Of a DNA stretch of 64,000 nt, positions 20,477 to 29,406 are shown piece by piece (within the stretch, counting starts at the first letter, position 1; the number at the start of each line of letters is the position of its first letter). The position numbers and the translations under genes were made by a program. Below the pieces are notes generated by a model, which made no database searches, had not been told where the DNA came from, and saw only the letters and a program-made list of their open reading frames with translations. The stretch comes from a bacterium. Its GTDB lineage: Bacteria > Patescibacteriota > Minisyncoccia > Phycocordibacterales > JAGLPS01. Location: NCBI GenBank assembly GCA_030690305.1, contig JAUYHB010000006.1, positions 5,668 to 69,667 on the forward strand, written 5' to 3'.

Positions 20477-22714
20477 ATGCAAAAAATCAAACCGGATAAA
20501 AAGAAAAATTGGATAGTATATGTGTCGACTTTCCCGCCGCGTGAATGCGGCATCGCCACATTCACCGATGATTTGTCGCGCGCGTTCGGCGAACTTTTCT
20601 CCCCCGGAATAGAGTCGAAGGTGGTGGCACTAAACGTCAATGAGGTCAGCCATTTAAACTACCCGCCGAAAGTTATCGCGCAAATAAGCCAGGACAAAGC
20701 AAGCGACTACCTTCGGGTTGCCAAAGAATTAAACAACTTACCGCAAGTCAAACTGGTAAGTGTTCAGCACGAATTTGGCATTTTCGGCGGCCTGTGGGGT
20801 TCGTATCTGTTGGCCTTTTTGGAAACGATAAAAAAACCGGTAGTTGTCACTTTTCACAGCGTTTTGCCCGCTCCGGACGACAAACTGAAAGTGCTCGTTA
20901 AGGCAATCGCCGACAATTCTTTCGGCATCGTGGTAATGACCAGGCGTTCGAAAGAAATTCTTGAAAAGGATTACGGCATCGTCAAGAAAAAAATCCAGGT
21001 CGTACCGCATGGCATCCACCCTATGACATTTCAGAGTTCGGAAAAATCAAAGCGCCCGCTTGGCCTTTCAAAAAAAATCGTTTTGTCGACGTTCGGACTT
21101 TTAAGCAAAGACAAAGGAATAGAGTATGTCATTGAAAGTTTGCCGGAAGTGGTAAAAAAACATCCCGAGGTTGTTTACCTCGTTATCGGAGCCACCCACC
21201 CGACAGTCATACAGCGCGAGGGCGAAAAATACAGAAATACATTGATAAAAAAAGTTGACGCGCTTGGTCTCTCCGGCCATGTAAAATTCTATAACCGCTA
21301 CATGGCTCTTCATGAACTTCTCGCTTTTCTCGATGCTACAGACATATACATTTCCCCTTCCCTTAACCCAAACCAGGCTGTTTCCGGCACGCTTACATAC
21401 GCTATGGGAGCGGGACGTCCGGTAATCTCCACGGCATTTGCTCAGGCCAAAGAAGACGTACCTGCAAGCGTCGGCATGCTTGTGGATTTCAAGAAACCTC
21501 TGGAGTACCGCGATGCGATTTTGCATCTCCTCGCGGACACGAAGCGTCGGGAAAAGATGGGAGAGGTGGCGTACTTTATTACCCGCAACATGACATGGCC
21601 GAACGTTGCCATTGCTTACATGAAAGTCTTCAGCCGCGCCGTTCCGTCGTTTTCGTTTCAGGAAAAAAATCTGCCAAGAATAAAGATGGCTCACATTCTC
21701 AAACTGACGGACGATTTTGGGATATTTCAGTTCGCAAAATTGACCGAAGTGGATAAATTCTTCGGCTATACGACCGATGACAATGCAAGAGCACTCATCG
21801 CCGCGTGTCTGCACTTCGAAAAATTCAAATCCCACACTTCCCTTAATCTGATGTTGAATTACTTGAATTTTCTGGAGTATACCGTGCGTCCTGACGGCTA
21901 TTTCAACAATTACGTGAACCAAGACAGGACGTTGAACTCAAAAGCAAACAACGTAGAAAGCATGGAAGACCCGACCGGACGCGCGATTCAAGCCCTGGCA
22001 AAAGTAGCAGCGTCGGAATCGGTGCCCTACCCTCTGAGAGAAAAAAGCCGTCAGTTGCTATTCCGAAGTTTGGACCAAAATCTGAAATTTACCCATCTTC
22101 GGGCAATGGCTTTTTTTATAAAAGGTTTGTGCACCTGGCTTTCGGGCGCCGAACACAATGGGTCCGTGTATGACCGACTTGAAGCAGTCATGGTGGCCTA
22201 TTGCGACCAGTTGGTTTCCGCTTTCAAGAAAAATGAAAATGAAAATTGGAAATGGTTTGAACCGCATCTCACCTACGCCAACGCCATCTTGCCTGACGCT
22301 TTGTTTTCGGGCTACTTGGTCAGGCGCGGACAGAACATTGAGTGGCTGGAGGTGGGAACATCGGCGCTTGAGTTTTTAATATCAAAAACTTTTATCAAAA
22401 ACGTGTATGTGCCGATAGGCCAGAGAGGTTGGCACCGCCAGGGCGGCCATCGGGCCCTCTACGACCAACAACCGGAAGAACCGGCGGCAATGGTAAAAGC
22501 TCTTGGAACCGCGTACATGGCAACCAAAAATGATAAATATCGGAAGCTTATGCATCGTACGTTCTACTGGTTTCTCGGCGATAATTTGGCCGACCGGATT
22601 ATGTACGATGCCTCGACCGGCGGCTGTTACGACGGCTTGGCAAGACAGCACGTTAATCTCAATCAGGGAGCGGAATCTACCCTCTCCTATCTCATCGCCA
22701 GACTGATTTTGTGA
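20477..22714 (+). CDS. GT4 (group 1) glycosyltransferase fused to a roughly 350 aa C-terminal domain of unknown function, possibly glycosidase-like.
   Basis: The N-terminal roughly 390 aa show a GT-B GT4 pattern (HPEVVYLVIGATHP...E-x7-E-like region). The C-terminal half is a separate conserved-looking domain (GYTTDDNARALIA...GWHRQGG...DYL). Confidence 0.6.
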   Translation: MQKIKPDKKKNWIVYVSTFPPRECGIATFTDDLSRAFGELFSPGIESKVVALNVNEVSHLNYPPKVIAQISQDKASDYLRVAKELNNLPQVKLVSVQHEFGIFGGLWGSYLLAFLETIKKPVVVTFHSVLPAPDDKLKVLVKAIADNSFGIVVMTRRSKEILEKDYGIVKKKIQVVPHGIHPMTFQSSEKSKRPLGLSKKIVLSTFGLLSKDKGIEYVIESLPEVVKKHPEVVYLVIGATHPTVIQREGEKYRNTLIKKVDALGLSGHVKFYNRYMALHELLAFLDATDIYISPSLNPNQAVSGTLTYAMGAGRPVISTAFAQAKEDVPASVGMLVDFKKPLEYRDAILHLLADTKRREKMGEVAYFITRNMTWPNVAIAYMKVFSRAVPSFSFQEKNLPRIKMAHILKLTDDFGIFQFAKLTEVDKFFGYTTDDNARALIAACLHFEKFKSHTSLNLMLNYLNFLEYTVRPDGYFNNYVNQDRTLNSKANNVESMEDPTGRAIQALAKVAASESVPYPLREKSRQLLFRSLDQNLKFTHLRAMAFFIKGLCTWLSGAEHNGSVYDRLEAVMVAYCDQLVSAFKKNENENWKWFEPHLTYANAILPDALFSGYLVRRGQNIEWLEVGTSALEFLISKTFIKNVYVPIGQRGWHRQGGHRALYDQQPEEPAAMVKALGTAYMATKNDKYRKLMHRTFYWFLGDNLADRIMYDASTGGCYDGLARQHVNLNQGAESTLSYLIARLIL

Positions 22715-22751
22715 AGTTTCAATCCAAAATCGGCAATTTAGATTGTGAAAT

Positions 22752-22782
22752 AAAAAATCACCACAGTGTGGTAATTTTTTAT
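22752..22782. terminator. Bidirectional intrinsic terminator.
   Basis: The hairpin is aaaaatcaccaca-g-tgtggtaatttttt. It lies between convergent genes. Confidence 0.55.
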
Positions 22783-22813
22783 TTAATGTATGAAAAAATA
22801 TCTTTTTTTAGAG

Positions 22814-23905
22814 TTATATCTCCTTTTCGGAAAGGAAGGGTATGCCTTCTCCTTCTACCACAGTAAATGTCGTCCGCCCAATAAGAGTGCCTCGATGGGT
22901 CTCAACGGAGCAGCGGTAGCGGCCGAAAAGAAGATTTGTTTTTTGAGTATACCCTCGATATCCTTCCAAACGCCCTCCCGCAATCGGAAAAGGAATACGC
23001 GCCACTGTCTCCCAGTTTCCAGTCTTTTCATTAAAATGCTCCCATCGATGGTAGATGTTTGTTGAAATCCTCACGGGCGCAAATACGGAACTGAAACAAT
23101 ATGCGCTGTCTCCCTCTACATACGTGAATATGTCATCTGTACTTCGAAGGAATTCGTACCATGAGGGCTTTTCGTATACGACTTGATAGTTTCCGTTTGG
23201 TAAACGCGCGACACTGTGATACACGCCAATCTCGCGGATTGACAAAGGAACCGGTGGGATAATATTTAAAAAGTAAAAAGAGTTAAAAAGAATAAATATC
23301 GTGCCAATGGAAAAAATGCTGCTTTTGAGAGCCCCCGTAACGCGCTCGGGCGACGTCATATACAGAAGAGACAAAAAAACAAAAACAATAAGGAGACTGA
23401 TTATCGTACTTGCAAAAAAGATACCGTCCCCTATCTGCCGTACGATAATCGGAAAAATAAGGGCGCAATAAGAAACAAAAAGAAAATACCACGCCGAAAT
23501 ATGAAAATTCAGGCGCGCGTAGTGCGTGCGCAAAAACTCATTGCCGACAAGAAATGCGCCAAATATCAAAAAGAAAAGAAAACTTCCAACGAGAGTGCCG
23601 CTTCGCGCATACAACACGATAAAGCCCCCCGCGAGGTTACCGAAAGCGAATTGCACTATGGCAAGAAGAATAGTCGGTGTAAAATCGCCTTTCTTGCCAT
23701 ATATCGTCAGAAGGAGAATTCCGCAGGCAGAAACCAAGATGTACCACAATAAAACAATATTCGTGTACAACTGGTCGGGACGGACAAGCGTGAATGAATC
23801 CCAGATAAATCCGGTAAAAATGGAAATCGTCCCCACATGCCGTTCGTGTTTTTTTACAAATTCCCGAACGGGAGCAGGAACAAGTGCAAACGGGTTAGTT
23901 ATCAT
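22814..23905 (-). CDS. Polytopic membrane protein with a C-terminal soluble beta-rich domain (DUF2914-like).
   Basis: It has about 8 TM helices, followed by a roughly 150 aa C-terminal domain (YHRWEHF...GGRLEGYRGYT...GRYRCSV). Its start overlaps the stop of the upstream 2H phosphoesterase gene. Confidence 0.5.
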   Translation of the reverse strand: MITNPFALVPAPVREFVKKHERHVGTISIFTGFIWDSFTLVRPDQLYTNIVLLWYILVSACGILLLTIYGKKGDFTPTILLAIVQFAFGNLAGGFIVLYARSGTLVGSFLFFLIFGAFLVGNEFLRTHYARLNFHISAWYFLFVSYCALIFPIIVRQIGDGIFFASTIISLLIVFVFLSLLYMTSPERVTGALKSSIFSIGTIFILFNSFYFLNIIPPVPLSIREIGVYHSVARLPNGNYQVVYEKPSWYEFLRSTDDIFTYVEGDSAYCFSSVFAPVRISTNIYHRWEHFNEKTGNWETVARIPFPIAGGRLEGYRGYTQKTNLLFGRYRCSVETHRGTLIGRTTFTVVEGEGIPFLSEKEI

Positions 23906-24434
23906 GGAAATAGAAAGTCTTTTGAATCTCCCAATGATTATCCTGATGCACAAAAAGTGTCAGGTTATTGAATTGTAGGTCAAAATGCGGCGCGGGTAGA
24001 GAAGAAACATAATCCCACACGTTTTGTGATTGCTCCGGTGACAAGTAACGGGCAATGGAGGCGTGCAGTTTGAGGGGCAACGGTATAGGTTTTTGATAAT
24101 TACCAAAGCCGGAAAGAAGATGGAGAAGTTTTTCGGCTTTTTCCTGCACACGCACGTTGTCTTTGATGCCAAGAAAGATTGTTCTAGATTGGGAGCCAAA
24201 TCGTTCAAAGCCGTCGATAACCAAAGGAGATGTTTCTTCCTTCACTGCTGTGTCTTCAAGGACTTTTTCGATTACAGAAATATCTCCGGTTTCAAAAGGT
24301 GCTTTAAGTGTCAGGTGCAGGGGTATGTATTCGCTTAAATTTTTAATGCCAAAACGTTCCGACAAATCAGCAGTGATTTTTTTGTAGTATTCACCCGCCT
24401 CTCCCTCTATTAAATATCCGATGAAATATCTCAT
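23895..24434 (-). CDS. 2H phosphoesterase superfamily protein (LigT / 2'-5' RNA ligase-like cyclic phosphodiesterase).
   Basis: It has two H-x-T/S-x motifs (HLTLK and HASIAR) in a protein of about 180 aa. Confidence 0.65.
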   Translation of the reverse strand: MRYFIGYLIEGEAGEYYKKITADLSERFGIKNLSEYIPLHLTLKAPFETGDISVIEKVLEDTAVKEETSPLVIDGFERFGSQSRTIFLGIKDNVRVQEKAEKLLHLLSGFGNYQKPIPLPLKLHASIARYLSPEQSQNVWDYVSSLPAPHFDLQFNNLTLFVHQDNHWEIQKTFYFHDN

Positions 24435-24466
24435 TTTTATTTAAACTCGATATACAGTTACATAAA

Positions 24467-24994
24467 TTAAATAGTATATTTTTTGTGCCAAGAGACAGGA
24501 AGCCCGCTTTTTAAGGCTTTATCGATTGTGTCTTGAGTGCCTGTACTGTTATTTACCTGAAAGGCATACACTTCGTCCGAGATTTTGATTTCTTCGTCGT
24601 GACGAAGATTGTAATGCTCTTGGGTAATGGTGTCATATGGCATTTCTATAAGAGCGCTAGGATTAACATCTTTTATTTTCTGCAGAAGTCTTTCGAGATT
24701 ATCTATAGTTTCCTCTGTTACGGGTTCTTGGCACCAGTTCGTGTGATAATCGTGTATATAACTTTTCAAGACAGCGGGAATAACTACCTTCAAGCGTGAA
24801 GCGTCAGGGAAAAGTGCCATTGCTTCGTCCATAGCAAAATAATCAACTCCCGTCGTTCCACCCGTCACAATTCCATCTCCACGGGAAAGCACTTCGCAAA
24901 CAGCTGTCCGCACATCGTTTTCTACGATGTCATTCGTCAGCCTCCATGTTCCTGTAAACAAAATCCATTTCACCACAGTAGTAGCCAGCATCAA
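24467..24994 (-). CDS. Standalone SLOG-superfamily Rossmann protein (DprA/Smf/LOG-like nucleotide-binding fold).
   Basis: It has IVTGGTTGVDYFAMDEAMAL (a DprA/LOG-type Gly-rich loop) and a C-terminal NSTGTQDTIDKALKSGLPV, which resembles the DprA kSGSLiTA...G.pV segment. Confidence 0.45.
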   Translation of the reverse strand: MMLATTVVKWILFTGTWRLTNDIVENDVRTAVCEVLSRGDGIVTGGTTGVDYFAMDEAMALFPDASRLKVVIPAVLKSYIHDYHTNWCQEPVTEETIDNLERLLQKIKDVNPSALIEMPYDTITQEHYNLRHDEEIKISDEVYAFQVNNSTGTQDTIDKALKSGLPVSWHKKYTI

Positions 24995-25023
24995 AATTCT
25001 TGCTTAATTGAGATTAATGAACA

Positions 25024-25776
25024 CTAATAACCCTTTTTCTTCCTTCTTGTATTATAGAAATCTTCCCTCTGTTCTTTTGTAATAAAACCATTTTTCTCAA
25101 GATTTTTTATAATAAAAGGTATTTCTTCTACTTCTTTTTTCCAAGTTTTATACAAATCCAAGACTTCAGCATACATAGAGTTTCCCGACTGTATATCACG
25201 CATAAAAAGTAATGCTAAGGCATTGTATTCTACCATTTCCACAAAAGCATAATGGATCGACTTAAGAGCAGAACTTTCTTTTGTTTGGAGATGTATAACT
25301 TTTAGTGCGAGTTCTTCTAACATATTTAATAAAAAAACCTGTTGATTTAAAATGTCTATTTCAAAATAAACATCAGGGTATTTCTTTGAAACATCAATAA
25401 GAATTGATTGTTGACGTTTAAAATTTTCTGAATACTTATCCCTAAGATAGTTAATATCAGGGTTTATTAAGTCAATTTTTGAAAAAACAAAATCTGGGTA
25501 CGCTTTCATAATAGCTTTTTTAACTTCATTAGAATAAGGAATTATTTTTTCCCGAAAAAAAACTATTTGATCTATTGTTGCTGATAACTCATCTTGTCTT
25601 TTTTTGTAAAAATAGGTAACCAAGGCTACCCCTAAAGAAAGCGAGCCAACTATACTGGATATTTTTTGGAGTGTATCCAGACTATAATTTACAACAATCG
25701 AGGAAGCGACCAAAAGAGCACTAAAGATTATAGAGACTGTTAGAAGATTTTTATTTAGATAATTTTTCATTTGCAA
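25024..25776 (-). CDS. Two-TM N-terminal membrane protein with a helical cytoplasmic domain. It is a candidate SLATT-like 2TM effector and lies in an AT-rich patch.
   Basis: It has two N-terminal TM helices, then a roughly 190 aa K/E/L-rich helical region. Local GC is about 30%, against roughly 48% in the flanks. Confidence 0.4.
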   Translation of the reverse strand: MQMKNYLNKNLLTVSIIFSALLVASSIVVNYSLDTLQKISSIVGSLSLGVALVTYFYKKRQDELSATIDQIVFFREKIIPYSNEVKKAIMKAYPDFVFSKIDLINPDINYLRDKYSENFKRQQSILIDVSKKYPDVYFEIDILNQQVFLLNMLEELALKVIHLQTKESSALKSIHYAFVEMVEYNALALLFMRDIQSGNSMYAEVLDLYKTWKKEVEEIPFIIKNLEKNGFITKEQREDFYNTRRKKKGY

Positions 25777-25813
25777 ACCAATTTAATGTGACAGTTTTTG
25801 ATTCAAAATACTT

Positions 25814-26443
25814 TTATTTACCCTTTCTCCACTTCTCTATCTCCCCATGATGTCCTGAAACAAGCACTTTCGGCACACTGTATTTTTTCTTTTTGTAGAC
25901 AAGGGTTTCAGGGCGGGTGTACGTTTCCCCCGAGGCAACACGGCTTTCTTCAACCGAGGATTGATTTCCAAGCACGCCGGGAATGTGGCGGGAAATCGCG
26001 TCAATCAAAACCATGGCGGGCAACTCCCCTCCCGTGAGCGTATAGGGGCCAACAGAAATCTCCTCTGCTTTCAGAATTTTTTTGACACGGGCATCAATGC
26101 CTTCGTATCGTCCTGAAATCAAAACAATATCGCCTTTGAAAGATGAGAGTTTCTGCGCATCCGCATTTGTAAATTGTTTGCCTCGTGGAGAAAGGATTAT
26201 GACTTTGGCTTTTTTAGCTTTCACTTTCTCCACCGCTTTCAAAATCGGCAACGCCTGCATGACCATGCCAGGGCCTCCGCCATACGGCTTATCATCCACT
26301 CGTCGGTGCTTATCTTCGGTAAAATCACGCGGATTATAGAGTTTTATTTTTATTTTTTTCTTTTCCTGTGCGCGCTTAATGATGGACTCATTGAGGTATG
26401 AATCAAAAGCGTCGGGAAATAATGTGACTATATGGAATTGCAT
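25814..26443 (-). CDS. trmD: tRNA (guanine37-N1)-methyltransferase.
   Basis: It has MQFHIVTLFPD, ISGRYEGIDARV and LTGGELPAMVLIDAISR, which form the SPOUT knot motifs. Confidence 0.92.
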   Translation of the reverse strand: MQFHIVTLFPDAFDSYLNESIIKRAQEKKKIKIKLYNPRDFTEDKHRRVDDKPYGGGPGMVMQALPILKAVEKVKAKKAKVIILSPRGKQFTNADAQKLSSFKGDIVLISGRYEGIDARVKKILKAEEISVGPYTLTGGELPAMVLIDAISRHIPGVLGNQSSVEESRVASGETYTRPETLVYKKKKYSVPKVLVSGHHGEIEKWRKGK

Positions 26444-26485
26444 AAGTAAGAAAACGATACAATATTTTCCCTGTTTTGTAAAAGA

Positions 26486-26515
26486 AAAGCCCGGGCGAAA
26501 TTCGCTCGGGCTTTA
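26486..26515 (-). terminator. Intrinsic terminator after the OMP gene.
   Basis: The hairpin is agcccgggcg-aaat-tcgctcgggct with a T-run on the minus strand. Confidence 0.6.
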
Positions 26516-26541
26516 ATCTTAAAAGGACTGTATTAAAGGAA

Positions 26542-27114
26542 TTAGAACGAATATCCGACGTTGAGCATTACTTCCCAGCCTGCCAAATTGTTTTCAGGTT
26601 GAGCATACGGCCCGCGTATCTCCCAATTGCCGAATGTGGAGCGAACAGCCGCATCAATGTTCAAGGAATTCGCGACGTGCTTCCTGTATGAGAAACCTGC
26701 AACTCCGCCAGGCTGCGCGGGCATAGTGAGACGATTGCCTAAATCGTTCTTGGCATCATCTGTGCACCGAAAGAAAGTGACTGCGGGCCCGATATCCAAC
26801 CAGAAGTCATTGAATAGGTTGTAGCCGAAAAGTGCCATGTACCTGACCATATCAATGTCGGTGTTCGTCTGGAAATCTTCTCCATATATTCTCTGTTGCA
26901 TATAGAGAACCGCCAGGCCCAATGAACCTTTCCCCTCCCGATGTCTTACCCCGACCTCATAGGCAACCGGGTCTGATGCATATTTCATATTGGAGTGGTG
27001 ATACCCGGTTCCGGCATATACTTCCCATTTTTCCTCGGCGCTTTCCGCAAATGCAGAGGGAGCGCGGACGAACAGTACTGCAACAACACACACGATGAAA
27101 GCGATTGTTCTCAT
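26542..27114 (-). CDS. Outer-membrane beta-barrel protein (OmpW/OmpA-like small barrel).
   Basis: It has a signal peptide ending AFA, alternating hydrophobic beta-strand patterning, and a C-terminal ...VGYSF with terminal Phe, which is the OMP insertion signature. A strong SD (aaaggagg) lies upstream. Confidence 0.6.
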   Translation of the reverse strand: MRTIAFIVCVVAVLFVRAPSAFAESAEEKWEVYAGTGYHHSNMKYASDPVAYEVGVRHREGKGSLGLAVLYMQQRIYGEDFQTNTDIDMVRYMALFGYNLFNDFWLDIGPAVTFFRCTDDAKNDLGNRLTMPAQPGGVAGFSYRKHVANSLNIDAAVRSTFGNWEIRGPYAQPENNLAGWEVMLNVGYSF

Positions 27115-27202
27115 CTTACAGACCTCCTTTCTAGGAACATGTTTCCCGCCACACTACAGCAAATTCCCCTTAAGTCAATGAATGTGAGAGCCTCGTTGTA
27201 AA

Positions 27203-27246
27203 ATAAAAAAAAGACCTACTTACCATTATGGTTTTCGGTCTTTTGG
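27203..27246 (-). terminator. Intrinsic terminator.
   Basis: The hairpin is agacc...ggtct, followed on the minus strand by a T8 run. Confidence 0.5.
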
Positions 27247-27254
27247 AAAAAATC

Positions 27255-27614
27255 TTAAACCGGTTGCGGTTCCCGCAATGCTTTAAGAGGACGCAACTCC
27301 TTGTACTTGCAAAACTCTGCAAGGGACACTTCTTTGACAACGTGGCTTTTTTCGAGATGGTTGAAACCACCGCTTAGTCCACTGAACCCACTTGCATGTT
27401 CTTCGAGTGCGCAACAAAGGCAAATTCGTTTGGGCAGATGGCTCTTAGACTCATCACTCCCTTGAATCGGGGTTTCCACCACCTCTTCATGCGGACATTT
27501 TTTCCTCAGCGAGCGCATGAGGTCATTTATCCGATTACAGACGAGGTCACGTTTTTTGACTTGAGAAATAATTTTATTTCTTAAGCCATCGAGATGTATG
27601 TGGTTTGACGGCAT
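27255..27614 (-). CDS. Cys-rich hypothetical protein.
   Basis: It is an ORF with Cys clusters (CNR, KCPHEE, ICLCCALEEH). No family is recognisable. Confidence 0.35.
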   Translation of the reverse strand: MPSNHIHLDGLRNKIISQVKKRDLVCNRINDLMRSLRKKCPHEEVVETPIQGSDESKSHLPKRICLCCALEEHASGFSGLSGGFNHLEKSHVVKEVSLAEFCKYKELRPLKALREPQPV

Positions 27615-27736
27615 TTTCGGCCTCCTTTCTTTTGGTTTAGAGATTTATCAAAGACAGATATCTGAAAGTAACCCTATACCAGCAGAAGAAAAAGTAAAGA
27701 ACCCTTAAAGTGTAAGAAAAAAGGGTCGTCAGTAAA

Positions 27737-28153
27737 TTACTGAGCGACCCTTATTATGTCCTCTTCAGACAGAAACTCGAGCAAGATAGGATTACGCTCC
27801 TCTTTCTCCTTTCGCTTTGTCCGTGCCTTTTCTCTTTGCTGAACAATTTTTATCATATCTTCCCGCCCGGATATCCGACGCTCACTGCATTTCAGCACCT
27901 CTTCCTTAAGAGACGCGAGAGCAGTTCTTACAGTCGGTTCAAAACCATTAATTGAACATTGCCCTTTCGCGCATGTCAGCCGTAAACATGGAATATGCGG
28001 TGAGATTGTCCATCCCAAACGGAGTTCTCGCTTGTTCCACATGCCATAGTACGACAATTCCTTAATCCCCAGAATCCATGAAATATTTCCTTCTTTGGTT
28101 ACAGAGTGAATGTGGTGTATTACCTTCAGACGAACGTCAGAAATTGGCATCAC
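27737..28153 (-). CDS. Small hypothetical protein, paralog 1 of a tandem array.
   Basis: It shares the pattern W-x2-GI-x4-Y...LxxGW with the next two ORFs and has a basic C-terminal tail. Confidence 0.4.
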   Translation of the reverse strand: MMPISDVRLKVIHHIHSVTKEGNISWILGIKELSYYGMWNKRELRLGWTISPHIPCLRLTCAKGQCSINGFEPTVRTALASLKEEVLKCSERRISGREDMIKIVQQREKARTKRKEKEERNPILLEFLSEEDIIRVAQ

Positions 28154-28269
28154 GACCTCCTTTCATATAAAGAACATTATTTTAAGCAAGATTAACAGTA
28201 AGCCCGAGAAAAAGCAAAAATGGAAAAGAAAAGAGAGCTCGGGCGGAGCTCTCTTTTTTGTTGCAAAAG

Positions 28270-28629
28270 TCAGACTTTTGCCGTTTCCTGTTTATTCGGA
28301 AACTTTTTCATTTTTTTGAGGTATATATATTCCACCCGGGCAAAAAGACTGTTGAGGGACGGGTCGGTCGAAGCATTATACGTTTCCGTCTTGCCATCGG
28401 GAAAAAAGATGCGCAGATACAAATACCCGCGTTCCTCCCCCATCTCAAGTTCAAGCTTCGCGCTTTCCCGCCTCCAGTAGGCGAGAAAGAAACATTTACC
28501 CGGCTTGTGGCGGGAGACGTCCGCTTTCCAACGAATTTTCCGACGCTTCATGTCCTGTTCTATTTCGGCAATGCGTACCGCCCCCTTCCCAAATTCGGGC
28601 TTTTCAAAGATAATTTCATCTTTTTTCAT
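28270..28629 (-). CDS. Small hypothetical protein, paralog 2 of a tandem array.
   Basis: An SD (ggagg) precedes the MKKDEIIF start. Its RKIRWKADV...FFLAYW...ELEMGEERGYLYL aligns with paralog 3 (RNLKWNVRG...FLAFY...SLSMEGGYL). Confidence 0.45.
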   Translation of the reverse strand: MKKDEIIFEKPEFGKGAVRIAEIEQDMKRRKIRWKADVSRHKPGKCFFLAYWRRESAKLELEMGEERGYLYLRIFFPDGKTETYNASTDPSLNSLFARVEYIYLKKMKKFPNKQETAKV

Positions 28630-28978
28630 TTGCATCCTCCATTTTTCTCGCATTAATGTTGAAAAATAGAGCGAGTTTTTCATCCCAACGGGGTGGCGTA
28701 TGATTTGAGATTTCCCCCCAGAGTTCTATGAATTCTTCGGAAGACTCAAGGTACCCCCCTTCCATGGATAGCGAATATCCGAACCGAAGTGATATCCTCT
28801 GCACTTGGATGTAAAAGCCCGTCCAGAAAGAATGGCCGATAAGAACAACATCATCCTCATAGAACGCAAGGAAATATCTGTCGAATATTCCCCGCACATT
28901 CCATTTCAGATTTCTGTCTCTCGTCTCAATGAGCAACGTTCTGATGATTGCGTCTTTTTCCTCCGTGGAAAATAGCAT
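28616..28978 (-). CDS. Small hypothetical protein, paralog 3 of a tandem array.
   Basis: See paralog 2. Its stop overlaps the start of paralog 2 by 14 nt. Confidence 0.45.
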   Translation of the reverse strand: MLFSTEEKDAIIRTLLIETRDRNLKWNVRGIFDRYFLAFYEDDVVLIGHSFWTGFYIQVQRISLRFGYSLSMEGGYLESSEEFIELWGEISNHTPPRWDEKLALFFNINARKMEDANEKR

Positions 28979-29088
28979 AAAACCTCCTTTGTTATATAAA
29001 GAAACTTTTCTGCCCTGAATCTACAATAAAAACGAGGTAAAAGCAAAACCCGCCTTTCGGCGGGTTTTGCAAAAAATCTAAAGAAATA

Positions 29089-29406
29089 TTAGAGCTTGAG
29101 GTCTTCCATTACTTGGTCAACCGTCTTTGAAGCGCTCATTACGGGAGCTTCGCGCTTTCCTCCTTCCGGTTCGTTGATTTTGAGGTTAACGCGGGCATTG
29201 TTTTTCATGCCAACGACTCTCAAAAGGGTTCGGATGGCTTTGGCGGTATTTCCGCTTCTGCCGATAACCTTGCCCATATCCTCCGGTCCGACGTCGAGTG
29301 TCAAAAGAACACCCATTTCATCAACCTTGCGGTTGATTTTCACCGCGTCCGGATTATCAACGAGAGCCTTTATGACATACTCAAGAAACTGTGCGTCTCG
29401 TTCCAT
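29089..29406 (-). CDS. khpA: KH-domain RNA-binding protein (KhpA/YlqC family).
   Basis: It has VGPEDMGKVIGRSGNTAKAIRTLL (a GXXG KH loop), and it lies immediately downstream of rpsP as in the canonical operon. Confidence 0.85.
   Translation of the reverse strand: MERDAQFLEYVIKALVDNPDAVKINRKVDEMGVLLTLDVGPEDMGKVIGRSGNTAKAIRTLLRVVGMKNNARVNLKINEPEGGKREAPVMSASKTVDQVMEDLKL

Noticed and set aside
21101-21922. A 273 aa ORF on the minus strand.
   Set aside because: It is fully embedded antisense in the well-supported GT4 gene. It has no RBS or motif, so it is a shadow ORF.
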